Of a DNA stretch of 64,000 nucleotides, positions 1 to 9,741 are shown in pieces (the first letter of the stretch is position 1; each line of letters begins with the position of its first letter). The notes beneath the pieces are model-generated. The model did not search any database. It saw only the letters and a program-made list of their open reading frames with translations, and was not told the DNA's origin. A program made the translations under genes and the position numbers. Origin of the DNA: Gemmatimonadales bacterium (lineage in GTDB: Bacteria > Gemmatimonadota > Gemmatimonadetes > Gemmatimonadales > GWC2-71-9); contig JBBCJC010000002.1 in NCBI GenBank assembly GCA_037189525.1, positions 125,908-189,907 of the forward strand. The letters are read 5' to 3'.

Positions 1-57
1 GCAACCCGTCGGGACAATACGCATCAGATCACTCCAGTGCCGGTCTGCCTGCAGGCC

Positions 58-645
58 TCATCGCCTGCGGGCGCCAGCCTTCCCTTGGGATATCTCGCCA
101 TCACGGGTATTGCGCAAGGCACCGACGAGTTCCGGAGCCCGCTGTGCCGCATTCCGCGTCGCGACGGTGCATCCGGCTCGCACCATCGGCACACTGAATC
201 CGCGGGTACCCCCGCCGGGCCTCGGACCTTCGACCCGCGCCACGACCGAATCGGCGCCAACCCTCCGATAGGCAATCCGCTGCGGAAAATCATGCTCGGG
301 ATTTTCGAAGACGAGCAACGTGTCCGACAGGTGTGCCGACGGAAAGGTCGTTTCACGCTGGCCTGACGGCGTGGCCACGTACAGCAACCGGGTGCCGTCA
401 GCTCGAATCCGCAGATGTTCGAACGAGCGGGCAACACCGTCCACCACGGTCCGCCCGCCCCCGATCATGAGGCCGCCCGACGGCACCATCCAGGTTTCGG
501 TGGTGACCCGGTTACCTGCCCGCGCTTCCCAACACCCGGCAAGCCATCCAAGCCGATCCAGCGGATCGGCTTGCGCATCCAGACGTCCGGCCGTCGAACC
601 GACCACAACCACCATCGCCACTGCCCAACCAAGACGGTCAGTCAT
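58..645 (-). CDS. DUF6265-like (lipocalin-like) secreted protein
   Basis: 195-aa ORF with a hydrophobic N-terminus (AVAMVVVVGSTAG). It then carries LGWLAGCWEA...VFENPEHDFPQRIAYRR, a pattern I associate with the DUF6265 family. The family name is from memory and was not searched. Confidence 0.6.
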   Translation of the reverse strand: MTDRLGWAVAMVVVVGSTAGRLDAQADPLDRLGWLAGCWEARAGNRVTTETWMVPSGGLMIGGGRTVVDGVARSFEHLRIRADGTRLLYVATPSGQRETTFPSAHLSDTLLVFENPEHDFPQRIAYRRVGADSVVARVEGPRPGGGTRGFSVPMVRAGCTVATRNAAQRAPELVGALRNTRDGEISQGKAGARRR

Positions 646-728
646 TGTCCACTCACATCGAAAGGTCGGGCATCATGGTATGACTCGAAACGGTCGCCGT
701 CTTGCACAAACACGACATCACGATCGGT

Positions 729-1538
729 CTATCGGTCGTGCTCACCGATGAAAGAACGAGCCAGGTCCGATGCACCGCCGAAGAACTGCCGGGGAGACAG
801 TCCGGCAAACCGGTGGAACTCGCGAATCAGGTGCGCCTGATCGTAGTAGCCACTCGCCGCAGCGATCCGACCGAAGCTGCCGTTCGCACCCTGCTGCAGC
901 ATCGCAAAGGCTCGCCGGAACCGAAGGACTCGCCGCAAGGGCGCCGGCGCCAGGCCCGTAGCACGCGCGAGCCGCCGTTCCAGGGTCCGCGGGCTGACAC
1001 CCAGATTTCTGGCAAGCTGGGCAACGGTGGGCGCCCGGCTCTGATCGAGTGCCTGGATCGCCCCGGACGTCAACAGATCGGGCGTTACCCGCCAGGCGCG
1101 CACCAGGACCGCCGACAACGACGCGACCCGCGCATCCACATCCGAGGCGCCCTCCGCAGCAGCGGTCAATGCGGCGGCAAGGCGACGATCGCAATCGGTC
1201 AATGCCTCGACCCGATCGGTGAGTTCAGCCAGTGGAATCCGAAGGAACGTGGCCGCCGCGGCCGTCCGGAACCGGATGCCGACGACATCGACGACACCCG
1301 TCGATTGGAGATACAGCGGTGCCGTCATCTGCCCGGCAAGCAACGCGGACGCCTGACGCTCGACCGATCCGTCCGCCAGGCGTCGAAGAAAGGGGTCTGC
1401 GAGATGAAGGACGATTTCGAACCGCCCATCCGCCACCACGGGCTCAGGCAACCCATGACCGACCTCTCCGCGCAGGAACCAGAAGCAGCGGATCAAGCCG
1501 TCGAGCGGAGGCGGAGCGGGGCGTTCAGTATAGTCCAT
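729..1538 (-). CDS. AraC family transcriptional regulator
   Basis: C-terminal AraC HTH signature (GYYDQAHLIREFHRFAGLSPRQF). I moved the start to the internal ATG at 1538 (MDYTERP...), which avoids a 46-nt overlap with the upstream kinase gene. Confidence 0.85.
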   Translation of the reverse strand: MDYTERPAPPPLDGLIRCFWFLRGEVGHGLPEPVVADGRFEIVLHLADPFLRRLADGSVERQASALLAGQMTAPLYLQSTGVVDVVGIRFRTAAAATFLRIPLAELTDRVEALTDCDRRLAAALTAAAEGASDVDARVASLSAVLVRAWRVTPDLLTSGAIQALDQSRAPTVAQLARNLGVSPRTLERRLARATGLAPAPLRRVLRFRRAFAMLQQGANGSFGRIAAASGYYDQAHLIREFHRFAGLSPRQFFGGASDLARSFIGEHDR

Positions 1539-1576
1539 CGGCAGTGTACGCAGCAGGCGTTCGCATCGACTCGGCG

Positions 1577-4126
1577 CTATGATCCCGCACCTCGGGCCGT
1601 CCGATCCATCTTGTGCCTCCATTCGGCCGCCAGCGCGGGCTTACCCCAGGCCTGATACAGGTCGACGATGCGCTGCCGGACGTCGGCCACGACTGGAGCA
1701 GCCTCACCGCGCAGTTCGATCATTCGGCGTTCGCTTGCCAGCAAGAGTTGTTCGGCCTCGGCATACCTCCCCGCACGTCCGAGGTGCTCGCCCATGCTGC
1801 TTTCGCTCGACACGATCAGCCAGTGGCCCTCGGGAAGATGCGTTCTCCGGAGCGCCAGGCTCTCACGCAGCCAGCGCTCACCCGCCGCGAGCGAGTCGAG
1901 CCGGTCGAGCGCGCGCCCCAGAACGCCCATCGATGCCGCCACCATCGGGTGCGCATCGCCGAGCGACCGGTCGCGCAGGGCAATCACCTCGCGAGCGTGG
2001 GTGGCGGCTTCGGAATACCGCTCGGCGCGGAAGAGGAAATCGGCGTAGTTGTACAGCGTCCAGGCATACTCGGGGTGCTCGGTGCCAAGCAACTGGCGCC
2101 GCATCTCGAGCGTGGCACGAAACGTCGAATCGGCCAGCTCGAAGGACGCAGTCCGCTGCCGCAACGATGCCAGCGGAGACAGGATAGCCGCGACCAGCGG
2201 GTGGACCTCGCCATGGGCGCGACGGGCCGACTGGAGCGCCAGCACCAGCAGGCTTTCCGCCGGAGCGTCCTGCCCCACGTCGCCGGTGGCCACGCCCAGG
2301 TTGGCATAGGCATAGGCCAGAACGGAATCGTTGCCGGCGGCGTGGCGACGGTACAATTCGAGGGCCCGGGCCAGCAGGGGCACAGCCTGCTGCGCATCAC
2401 CGATCCGCATCAGGAGCCGACCACGGCTGTCCGCGTAGTTCGCCGCGGCGATCCCGTCGTCTCGATCGAGCGGATACAACGCGAGGGCCTCCCGATGCAT
2501 CGAGTCGGCCTCGCCATAGCGCCCCTGCAGCTCCAGGGCCGCGGCAACCTGGACCAGTGCCAGCGCGGTTTCACGGGGGTCGGCCGGCACCATCCGGCGG
2601 CGCGCAGCAAGCGCGTCGGCAAACTGCCGCTCGGCCGCCGTGAACTCGCCAAGACCGAGATAGGTGCCACCGATGATACTCCGGATCTCGGCTTCCAGTT
2701 CCGGCCGCTGCCGCAGCGTATCGGCACGAACGGCCGCGCTATCGAGCACCGCGCGCATCGTGACATCCCGCCCCAGCGAGGCCGGGTTCGCCGCCACGAG
2801 CATCGTGGTCAGGAAGCCCTTGACCTCCGTCACCAGCGCCCGCTCCCGCTCGGCTTCGCGCGCCTTGAGGGCGGTGGCAATCAAACCGCCGATCAGGAAC
2901 ACCCCCGCCAGCGCCAATGCCGCCGCCTCGGCGCGATGCCGGCGGATCAGCTTGCGAATCCGATAGCCGACCCCCTCCGGCCGCGCCGTGACCGGCAGGC
3001 CGTCGAGGTAGTGGCCGATGTCGCGCGCCAGATGTTCGACCGACCCGTAGCGGCGCTCGGGTTCCTTGCGCAGCGCCATCAGGACGATCGCATCCAGGTC
3101 GCCCTCGATCCGCGCCCGACCCCGGCGGGACGAACGCTCTCCCAGCAACTCGAACCGCGCATCGGTCAGCAGCGAACTCGGTTTCGCCGGTGCCGACTCC
3201 GAGATCAGCCGCTCCACCTCGATCGCACTCTTGCCGCGCAGGTCGAAGGGGCGGCTACCCGTCAGCTGCTCGAATAGCACCACGCCCAACGCATAGACGT
3301 CCGAACGGGTGCCGACCGGATGACCGAGCACTTGCTCCGGAGAGGCATAGTCGGGCGTATAGGCGCGGGTTTCGGCCACCGTCGCTGGAGACGTGTCGGT
3401 ACCGACGTCGTTCGCCAGTAGCTTGGCAATGCCGAAGTCGAGCAGCTTGACCTGCCCTTCCTCGGACACCAGGATGTTGCCCGGCTTGAGATCCCGATGG
3501 ACGACCAGACTCTGGTGGGCGTACTGCACCGCCCGGCAAACCTGGAGAAAGAGCAGCAGACGGTCCCGCACCGAAAGACGTCGCTGATCGGCCCACCGGC
3601 TGATCGGCTCGCCCTCGACGTACTCCATCACGATGTAGGGCTGCCCGTCTGGTGTGACACCGCCGTCGAGCAGGCTCGCGATATTGGGATGGTTCAGGTT
3701 GGCGAGAATCTGTCGCTCGGCCCGAAAGCGGCGCCGGATCCCATCGTCGTCGGTGTACCGATGCAGGAACTTGATCGCCACCCGCTTCTGGTACTCTTCG
3801 TCGGCGCGGGCCGCTTCATAGACACTGCCCATGCCACCCACTCCGATCCGCCGGACCACCTGATACACGCCCACGCGCGCACCGGCCCAGGGATCGGTCG
3901 ACGCCGCCGCGGCTCGTCGCAGCGCCTCACCCGACTCCTGCGGATCGAGACCGGTCCGATCGTGCGCTTCCAGCAGTGACTGGACCTCCTCCGCCAGCTC
4001 GGCATCACCGGTACGCAGTTCGTCGAGTATCGCGGACCGTTGATCGGCGGGCAGGTCGACCACGCGCTCGAAGTGGTCTTTGATGACACGGAGACGGGCA
4101 GGGGTCAGGGGCACATCGGATGACAT
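1577..4126 (-). CDS. Serine/threonine protein kinase with TM helix and C-terminal TPR-like repeats
   Basis: Hanks kinase motifs are present: IGVGGMGSVY, VAIK, HRDLKPGNIL, DFGIAK, ASPEQ. There is one TM helix (AAALALAGVFLIGGLIATAL), followed by about 400 aa of helical repeats. Confidence 0.95.
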   Translation of the reverse strand: MSSDVPLTPARLRVIKDHFERVVDLPADQRSAILDELRTGDAELAEEVQSLLEAHDRTGLDPQESGEALRRAAAASTDPWAGARVGVYQVVRRIGVGGMGSVYEAARADEEYQKRVAIKFLHRYTDDDGIRRRFRAERQILANLNHPNIASLLDGGVTPDGQPYIVMEYVEGEPISRWADQRRLSVRDRLLLFLQVCRAVQYAHQSLVVHRDLKPGNILVSEEGQVKLLDFGIAKLLANDVGTDTSPATVAETRAYTPDYASPEQVLGHPVGTRSDVYALGVVLFEQLTGSRPFDLRGKSAIEVERLISESAPAKPSSLLTDARFELLGERSSRRGRARIEGDLDAIVLMALRKEPERRYGSVEHLARDIGHYLDGLPVTARPEGVGYRIRKLIRRHRAEAAALALAGVFLIGGLIATALKAREAERERALVTEVKGFLTTMLVAANPASLGRDVTMRAVLDSAAVRADTLRQRPELEAEIRSIIGGTYLGLGEFTAAERQFADALAARRRMVPADPRETALALVQVAAALELQGRYGEADSMHREALALYPLDRDDGIAAANYADSRGRLLMRIGDAQQAVPLLARALELYRRHAAGNDSVLAYAYANLGVATGDVGQDAPAESLLVLALQSARRAHGEVHPLVAAILSPLASLRQRTASFELADSTFRATLEMRRQLLGTEHPEYAWTLYNYADFLFRAERYSEAATHAREVIALRDRSLGDAHPMVAASMGVLGRALDRLDSLAAGERWLRESLALRRTHLPEGHWLIVSSESSMGEHLGRAGRYAEAEQLLLASERRMIELRGEAAPVVADVRQRIVDLYQAWGKPALAAEWRHKMDRTARGAGS

Positions 4127-4254
4127 CCCGCCGGGACCTCGAAGGAAGAATCGGCCGCCTGCGACCGATGAATTGTAGCTGAGGGTCGAGCCAAGCTATG
4201 GCGCTTCGGAAAGACGGTCAAGACAGCGCGAGGCAACGCGCCCCGCCCCCCGCC

Positions 4255-4698
4255 TCAACGGAGGTCGTGACGCTGATCCCGACCGACGATGAGGTCCGCG
4301 CTGGAGAGCCGCTCCGAGCCGCGGGGCGGCCAGCACAACGCGCCGATCAGCGCGCCCGCGAGCAGACCGGCAACCGCCGTCATACCTGCGAGGTCGAGCG
4401 GGATCCACTCGGGCCAGAGCCCCAGGGCAAACCCGCCCACGCTCGAGAAAATGAGCCCGGTGATGCCCCCGACCAGCGCACCCGCTACACGGCTCCGGGT
4501 CCGGGGCCAGCTCCAGTGCAACAGCAGACCGCCGAGCAGGCCTCCGACCGCGACGACCACCGCATCGAGGATCAGCTGCGCCAGGACCGGACGCGTCGGC
4601 CCCCCGCGCGACGCAAACCAATAGCGGAGCGCCGCCAGACCGAGCAGCCCGCCCGTCGCCAGCAGAGACCGGAGAATCAGATTGGGCGCCTTTGCCAT
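4255..4698 (-). CDS. Hypothetical integral membrane protein
   Basis: ORF with four Gly/Leu-rich hydrophobic segments. Start taken at the internal ATG (MAKAPNLIL...). No recognisable family. Confidence 0.55.
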   Translation of the reverse strand: MAKAPNLILRSLLATGGLLGLAALRYWFASRGGPTRPVLAQLILDAVVVAVGGLLGGLLLHWSWPRTRSRVAGALVGGITGLIFSSVGGFALGLWPEWIPLDLAGMTAVAGLLAGALIGALCWPPRGSERLSSADLIVGRDQRHDLR

Positions 4699-4912
4699 GC
4701 TCCCGTCTTTCCTCTGTCCCACCGAACTGCATCAGGCTCCGCCCAACGGAACCGGAAGGCTGCCTGTTCCATGTTGGCCGAAAATCGGGCCTTTCCCTCG
4801 TCAGTCGTCAACGATTTCGCGCCTCGGATCGTAGTAATTTGTATCGCCATTTCCAACCGGGCGCCTCACCCGGCGCCCGATTCCCATCGCACTACCGGTG
4901 TCCCGGAGTATC

Positions 4913-7900
4913 ATGACTCGTTTGCCAATTCGCCCGTGGTCGGTTGCGGCCGCCGCAACGATCTTCGCCTCGTCCGTTGCCGCGCAGTCCGCGCCGCGCA
5001 AACCCGACCTGCCGCTCTCGGCGGCTCGCACCGCCGCGTTCACGGCGACCCAGGGATCCTGGATGTCGCTGGACGTGAGCCCGGACGGGCAGACCATCGT
5101 CTTCGACCTGCTGGGTGATCTCTACACCCTGCCGATTGCCGGCGGCAAAGCCACCCGCATCACCAGCGGACTGGCCTTCGATGCCCAGCCCCGGTTCAGC
5201 CCCGATGGGAAGCGGATCGCGTTCGTGTCGGATCGAAGCGGCGGTGACAACCTCTGGGTCATGTCGCTCGACCGCCGCGACACGGTCCAGGTGACCAAAG
5301 GCGACGCCAATACCTATCTCTCGCCCGAGTGGACACCCGACGGCAAGTACCTCGTCGCGTCGCGCACCAGCGGCGGGCCGGCCGGTCCGCCCAAGCTCTG
5401 GCTCTTCCACGTCGACGGTGGCACCGGCATTCCGCTCATCACGGCCCCGCAACCGCTCAAGACGGTCGGCGCCGCCTTCGGCAACGACGGACGGTACATC
5501 TGGTACGCCTCCCGCACCGGCGATTTCAGCTACAACGTGATCTTCCCTGCGTACCAACTGAGCGTCTACGATCGGGAAACCGGCAACCAGACCCGGATGA
5601 GTTCGCGCTACGGCTCGGCGTTCCGGCCGGCGCTGTCGTCGGACGGCAAGTGGCTGGTCTACGGCACCCGCGAAAAAACGGAAACCGGCCTGCGAATCCG
5701 CGACCTGGCCACCGGCGAAGAACGCTGGCTGGCCTATCCGGTGCAGCGCGACGAACAGGAATCGCGCGCCTCGCTCGACGTGCTGCCCGGCTACTCGTTT
5801 ACCCCGGATAACCGCGCCGTGGTCCTCTCGTACGGCGGCGAGATCTGGCGGGTCGGCATCGACGGCGGGCCGGCCAGCAAGATTCCATTTACTGCTGACG
5901 TTTCAGTCGATGTCGGGCCCCACGTCAAGTTCACCAACCGGGTCGACACGACCACCACCTTCCACGCCCGGCAAATTCGGGACATCGCGCCGTCTCCCGA
6001 CGGCAAGCGGATTGCCTTCACCGCCCTCGACCGGATTTACGTCGCCGATTATCCCGCCGGCACGCCGCAGCGGCTGACCGATCAGGAGATCGGTGAGAAT
6101 TCGCCGGTCTGGGCGCCGGATGGCAGCGCGATTGCCTTCGCGACCTGGTCCGATGCAGCCGGTGGCCATCTGATGCGGGCGCCGGTGGTGCGCGGCGGCA
6201 AGGCCAAGGCGGTTCGCCTGAGCGACGTGCCGGGCAGCTACGATGAACTGGTCTGGGCGCCTAACGGTCGCATCGTGGCCGTTCAGCGCGCCACCCGCGA
6301 CCTCCAGGACCTGGGCGCCTCGTCCTTCCTCGGTGCAAGCGGCGCCTCCAGTCTGATCTGGGTGCCCGCCACCGGCGGCGCGGTGACGCTGATCGCGCCG
6401 AGCGCCGGGCGAAGCCGGCCGCATTTTACCGGGGACGTGGAACGGATCTACGCCTACAGCCGCACCGACGGCCTGGTGTCCTTCCGCTGGGACGGCACCG
6501 ATCAGCGGTCTCACCTCAAGGTGACCGCACCGACCGGACCTGTCGGCGCCGCGCCCGATTTCGAGTCGGTGCTGCGCATGGCCGGAAACCCGTCGGGCAA
6601 TCCGTCGCCCGATGTTCCACAACTCGATATGCATCCCGATCCGACGGAAACCGGTGCGCCGGCTCCACCGGCCGGGCTCGTGATCATGGCTCCCTCCGGC
6701 GACCAGGCCTTGGCCTATGTCGGAATGGATGTCTATCTGGTGACTGTCCCGCAGGTCGGCGGCACCACACCGACCGTGTCACTGACGTCGCCGGACAACG
6801 CGGCAGTGCCCGTCAAGAAGCTCAACGATATCGGCGCGCAGTTCCCGACCTGGAACGCCGACGGCTCCGCGATCTTCTGGGCAATCGGCAACGCCGCGCT
6901 GCGCTACGACCTGGCCCGCGCCCGCGCCGTCGACGACAGCCTCAAGCGCGCCACTCGGCAAACGCCGGCCGATACCGCCGGCCGAGCCGACTCGACCAGG
7001 CGACAGGCTGCCACCAAGGCCGGCTATCGGCCGGATGAGCACCGCATCCGGGTCGCCATCACCCGCGATACCCCGCGTGGCGTCGCGGTGCTGCGCGGCG
7101 GCCGGGCCGTGACCATGAAGGGCAAGGAGATCATCGACAACGCGGACATCGTGGTGCGCGACAACCGAATCGGCGCCATCGGACCGCGCGGCCAGGTCAC
7201 CATCCCTTCCGGCGCGCGCGAAATCGACGTGTCCGGCAAGACCATCATCCCCGGCTTCGTCGACATCCACTACCATCCGCAGTGGCTGGTGCCGAATGTG
7301 CACAGCAACCAGGTCTGGCAGTATCTCGCGACGCTGGCGTACGGCACCACCACCACCCGTGACCCGCAGACCGCCGTCACCGACGTGCTGACCTACCAAG
7401 ACCGGGTTGAGACCGGCGAGATGATCGGACCGCGGATCTATCACACCGGCCCGGGCGTATTCAGCGCCGAACGGATCCGCGATCTGGATCATGCCCGCAC
7501 CGTGCTGCGCAGGTATTCCGATTACTATGGCGTCACGACCATCAAGATGTACGGCGCCGGCAATCGGCGGCAGCGCCAGTGGATCATCATGGCCGCCAAG
7601 GAACTCGGCATCATGCCCACCACGGAAGGTTCGCTCGATATCCGAGCCAACCTGACGATGGCCATCGACGGCTACCCGGGCATCGAACACAATCTGCCGG
7701 TCGCGCCGCTGTTCAAGGATGTGGTAGAGCTGTTCAAGACGTCACAAACGACCAGCACGCCGACTTTGATCGTGACCTACGGCGGCCCCTGGGGCGAGCA
7801 GTACTTCTATACCAACGAGAAGCCGGGTGCCGATCCCAAGCTGCAGCGCTTTACGCCGCAGTCGGAACTCGACTACAAAGTCCGCCGGCGGGGCGCGGGC

Positions 7901-8362
7901 AACGGACCAGGCGCAGGCGGATGGTTCGACCCCGAGGAATACGTCATGCATCGGCATGGCGCCTTCATCAAGGATCTGGTGGAGAATGGTGCGCGCGCCG
8001 GTGTCGGCAGCCACGGCCAGCTCCAGGGCCTCGGCGTGCATTGGGAAATCTGGGCGATGCAGAAGGGCGGGCTCAGCAACCACGACATGCTCCGGGTCGC
8101 GACGATCTACGGCGCCGAAGCCATCGGAATGGAGATGGATGTCGGCACCCTCGAATCCGGAAAGCTGGCGGACATCCTGGTTCTGGACCGGAATCCGCTC
8201 GACGACATCCGGAACACCAACAGTATCCGCTACGTCATGAAAGATGGACGGCTCTATGAGGCGGACACCTTGAACGAGATCTACCCTCGGCAACGCGCGT
8301 TGCCGGCGCAGTGGTGGATGAACGGATCGCAGTCGCCGCGCAACACGCCGGGACTCCAGTAG
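4913..8362 (+). CDS. Amidohydrolase family protein with N-terminal TolB/PD40-like beta-propellers
   Basis: Signal peptide (MTRLPIRPWSVAAAATIFASSVAAQ). Repeated SPDG(K/Q) PD40-type motifs. C-terminal metal-dependent hydrolase motif GFVDIHYH plus HGQLQG...LVLD. Paralog of 54931-58254. Confidence 0.9.
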   Translation: MTRLPIRPWSVAAAATIFASSVAAQSAPRKPDLPLSAARTAAFTATQGSWMSLDVSPDGQTIVFDLLGDLYTLPIAGGKATRITSGLAFDAQPRFSPDGKRIAFVSDRSGGDNLWVMSLDRRDTVQVTKGDANTYLSPEWTPDGKYLVASRTSGGPAGPPKLWLFHVDGGTGIPLITAPQPLKTVGAAFGNDGRYIWYASRTGDFSYNVIFPAYQLSVYDRETGNQTRMSSRYGSAFRPALSSDGKWLVYGTREKTETGLRIRDLATGEERWLAYPVQRDEQESRASLDVLPGYSFTPDNRAVVLSYGGEIWRVGIDGGPASKIPFTADVSVDVGPHVKFTNRVDTTTTFHARQIRDIAPSPDGKRIAFTALDRIYVADYPAGTPQRLTDQEIGENSPVWAPDGSAIAFATWSDAAGGHLMRAPVVRGGKAKAVRLSDVPGSYDELVWAPNGRIVAVQRATRDLQDLGASSFLGASGASSLIWVPATGGAVTLIAPSAGRSRPHFTGDVERIYAYSRTDGLVSFRWDGTDQRSHLKVTAPTGPVGAAPDFESVLRMAGNPSGNPSPDVPQLDMHPDPTETGAPAPPAGLVIMAPSGDQALAYVGMDVYLVTVPQVGGTTPTVSLTSPDNAAVPVKKLNDIGAQFPTWNADGSAIFWAIGNAALRYDLARARAVDDSLKRATRQTPADTAGRADSTRRQAATKAGYRPDEHRIRVAITRDTPRGVAVLRGGRAVTMKGKEIIDNADIVVRDNRIGAIGPRGQVTIPSGAREIDVSGKTIIPGFVDIHYHPQWLVPNVHSNQVWQYLATLAYGTTTTRDPQTAVTDVLTYQDRVETGEMIGPRIYHTGPGVFSAERIRDLDHARTVLRRYSDYYGVTTIKMYGAGNRRQRQWIIMAAKELGIMPTTEGSLDIRANLTMAIDGYPGIEHNLPVAPLFKDVVELFKTSQTTSTPTLIVTYGGPWGEQYFYTNEKPGADPKLQRFTPQSELDYKVRRRGAGNGPGAGGWFDPEEYVMHRHGAFIKDLVENGARAGVGSHGQLQGLGVHWEIWAMQKGGLSNHDMLRVATIYGAEAIGMEMDVGTLESGKLADILVLDRNPLDDIRNTNSIRYVMKDGRLYEADTLNEIYPRQRALPAQWWMNGSQSPRNTPGLQ

Positions 8363-8372
8363 CTCGAAGTAT

Positions 8373-8414
8373 CCGGTACCGGTGGTGTCGCATGCGACCA
8401 ACCACCGGTACCGG
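8373..8414 (+). terminator. Long nested palindromic hairpin immediately after the amidohydrolase stop
   Basis: CCGGTACCGGTGGT (8373-8386) pairs with ACCACCGGTACCGG (8401-8414). The centre, GTCGCATGCGAC (8387-8398), is itself a perfect 12-bp palindrome. It lies 11 nt after the stop codon, and no U-tract follows. Confidence 0.5.
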
Positions 8415-8474
8415 GCATCCCCAACCCGTCGGAACGACGACGTCACAGCTCTCTTTTCGGAACTCAGTGACCCG

Positions 8475-9581
8475 ATGATCTCTCGCGCCCGTTTTCTCAT
8501 CCTGGGCGCCGCGTTGGCCGCGGCCCCTCTGTTCGGCTCGACCCTCGCCGCGCAACGCCACTTCCCGTCCGACGCCGCCATTCGCGCCATTCTCGATGAT
8601 CAGGTGACCAATAAGGGCACCGTCGGGCTCGTGCTCGGTGTGATGGAGGCCGACGGCAGCACCCGCATCTACACGGCCGGGCGGTCCGGCGGCGCCGCAG
8701 CACTCGATGGCAACACGGTGTTCGAAATCGGTTCGATCACCAAGGTGTTCACGACCAGCCTGCTCGCTGACATGGTGTCCCGCGGAGAGGTTGCCCTCGA
8801 CGATCCGGTCCAGAAATATCTGCCGAGCGGCGTCACCGTACCGGCCCGCAACGGGAAGCAGATCACCCTGGCGAATCTGGCCGCGGTCAACTCTGGCTTG
8901 CCGCGCACTCCCACCAACTTCCGCCCGGCAGACCGCTCCAATCCGTTTGCGGACTACACGGTCGCCCAGCTGTACGAGTTTCTGAACGGATACACCCTGC
9001 CCCGCGACATCGGCGCCGAGTATGAGTACTCGAACGTTGGGATGGGCTTGCTGGGACATGCGCTGGCGCTGCGGCTGGGCAAGAGCTACATCGAAGCCGT
9101 CGACGAGCGGGTCCTCACCCCGCTCGGTATGCAGCACACGGCAATCACCCTGACACCGTGGATGCAGCAGCACCTGGCTCCCGGGCACAACGCCGAGGGC
9201 GCCATCGTTCCCAACTGGGATATTCCGACGCTTGCCGGGACCGGGGCCATCCGGTCGAACGTGAACGACATGTTCAAGTTCCTGGCCGCCCATCTGAACC
9301 CGGACTCGAAACCACTCGGCCCCGTCCTGGCCATCACCCACGCGGCCCGCACCCAGACCAGCTCGCCCGCCATGTCGGTCGGACTGGCCTGGCACATTCG
9401 CAACACGCCGAGCGGCCCGATCGTCTGGCACAACGGCGGCACCGGAGGCTACCGGACATTCATGGGGTTCGATCCGGCGACGAAGGTAGGGGTCGTGCTG
9501 CTCACCAACACCCAGGTGTCGGCCGACAACATCGGGTTTCACCTGATCAAGCCGGAGATTCCGCTCACCGCAGGCCGGTAG
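8475..9581 (+). CDS. Serine hydrolase, beta-lactamase fold (class C / PF00144-type)
   Basis: Signal peptide. SxxK (FEIGSITKVF), YxN (YEYSN), and HNG (WHNGGTGGY) in place of KTG. Start placed at the ATG for MISRARFLILGAA. Confidence 0.9.
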   Translation: MISRARFLILGAALAAAPLFGSTLAAQRHFPSDAAIRAILDDQVTNKGTVGLVLGVMEADGSTRIYTAGRSGGAAALDGNTVFEIGSITKVFTTSLLADMVSRGEVALDDPVQKYLPSGVTVPARNGKQITLANLAAVNSGLPRTPTNFRPADRSNPFADYTVAQLYEFLNGYTLPRDIGAEYEYSNVGMGLLGHALALRLGKSYIEAVDERVLTPLGMQHTAITLTPWMQQHLAPGHNAEGAIVPNWDIPTLAGTGAIRSNVNDMFKFLAAHLNPDSKPLGPVLAITHAARTQTSSPAMSVGLAWHIRNTPSGPIVWHNGGTGGYRTFMGFDPATKVGVVLLTNTQVSADNIGFHLIKPEIPLTAGR

Positions 9582-9605
9582 CTCCCAGTCCTCCCCAGCA
9601 CGCTA

Positions 9606-9628
9606 CGGGCTCCGGGATTTCCGGGGCC
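9606..9628 (+). terminator. Possible hairpin between the two serine-hydrolase paralogs
   Basis: GGGCTCCGG-GATTT-CCGGGGCCC forms a 9-bp stem with one T.G pair. It lies 25 nt after the stop at 9581. No clear U-tract. Confidence 0.3.
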
Positions 9629-9741
9629 CGTCGTGCGTTGGGGTGTGTAAGATTCGACCGGTAACTGCAACCTATCCTTCGACAGGGTCCGCAGTCGCGG
9701 GCCGAGCTGGTGGCCGGATTTACTCTCTCGACTGGTGGACG

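Noticed and set aside
1613-3277. 554-aa plus-strand ORF antisense to the Ser/Thr kinase gene
   Set aside because: It is Arg/Gly/Pro/Ala-rich with no motifs, and lies entirely opposite a gene with unambiguous Hanks kinase signatures. This is a typical high-GC antisense open frame.
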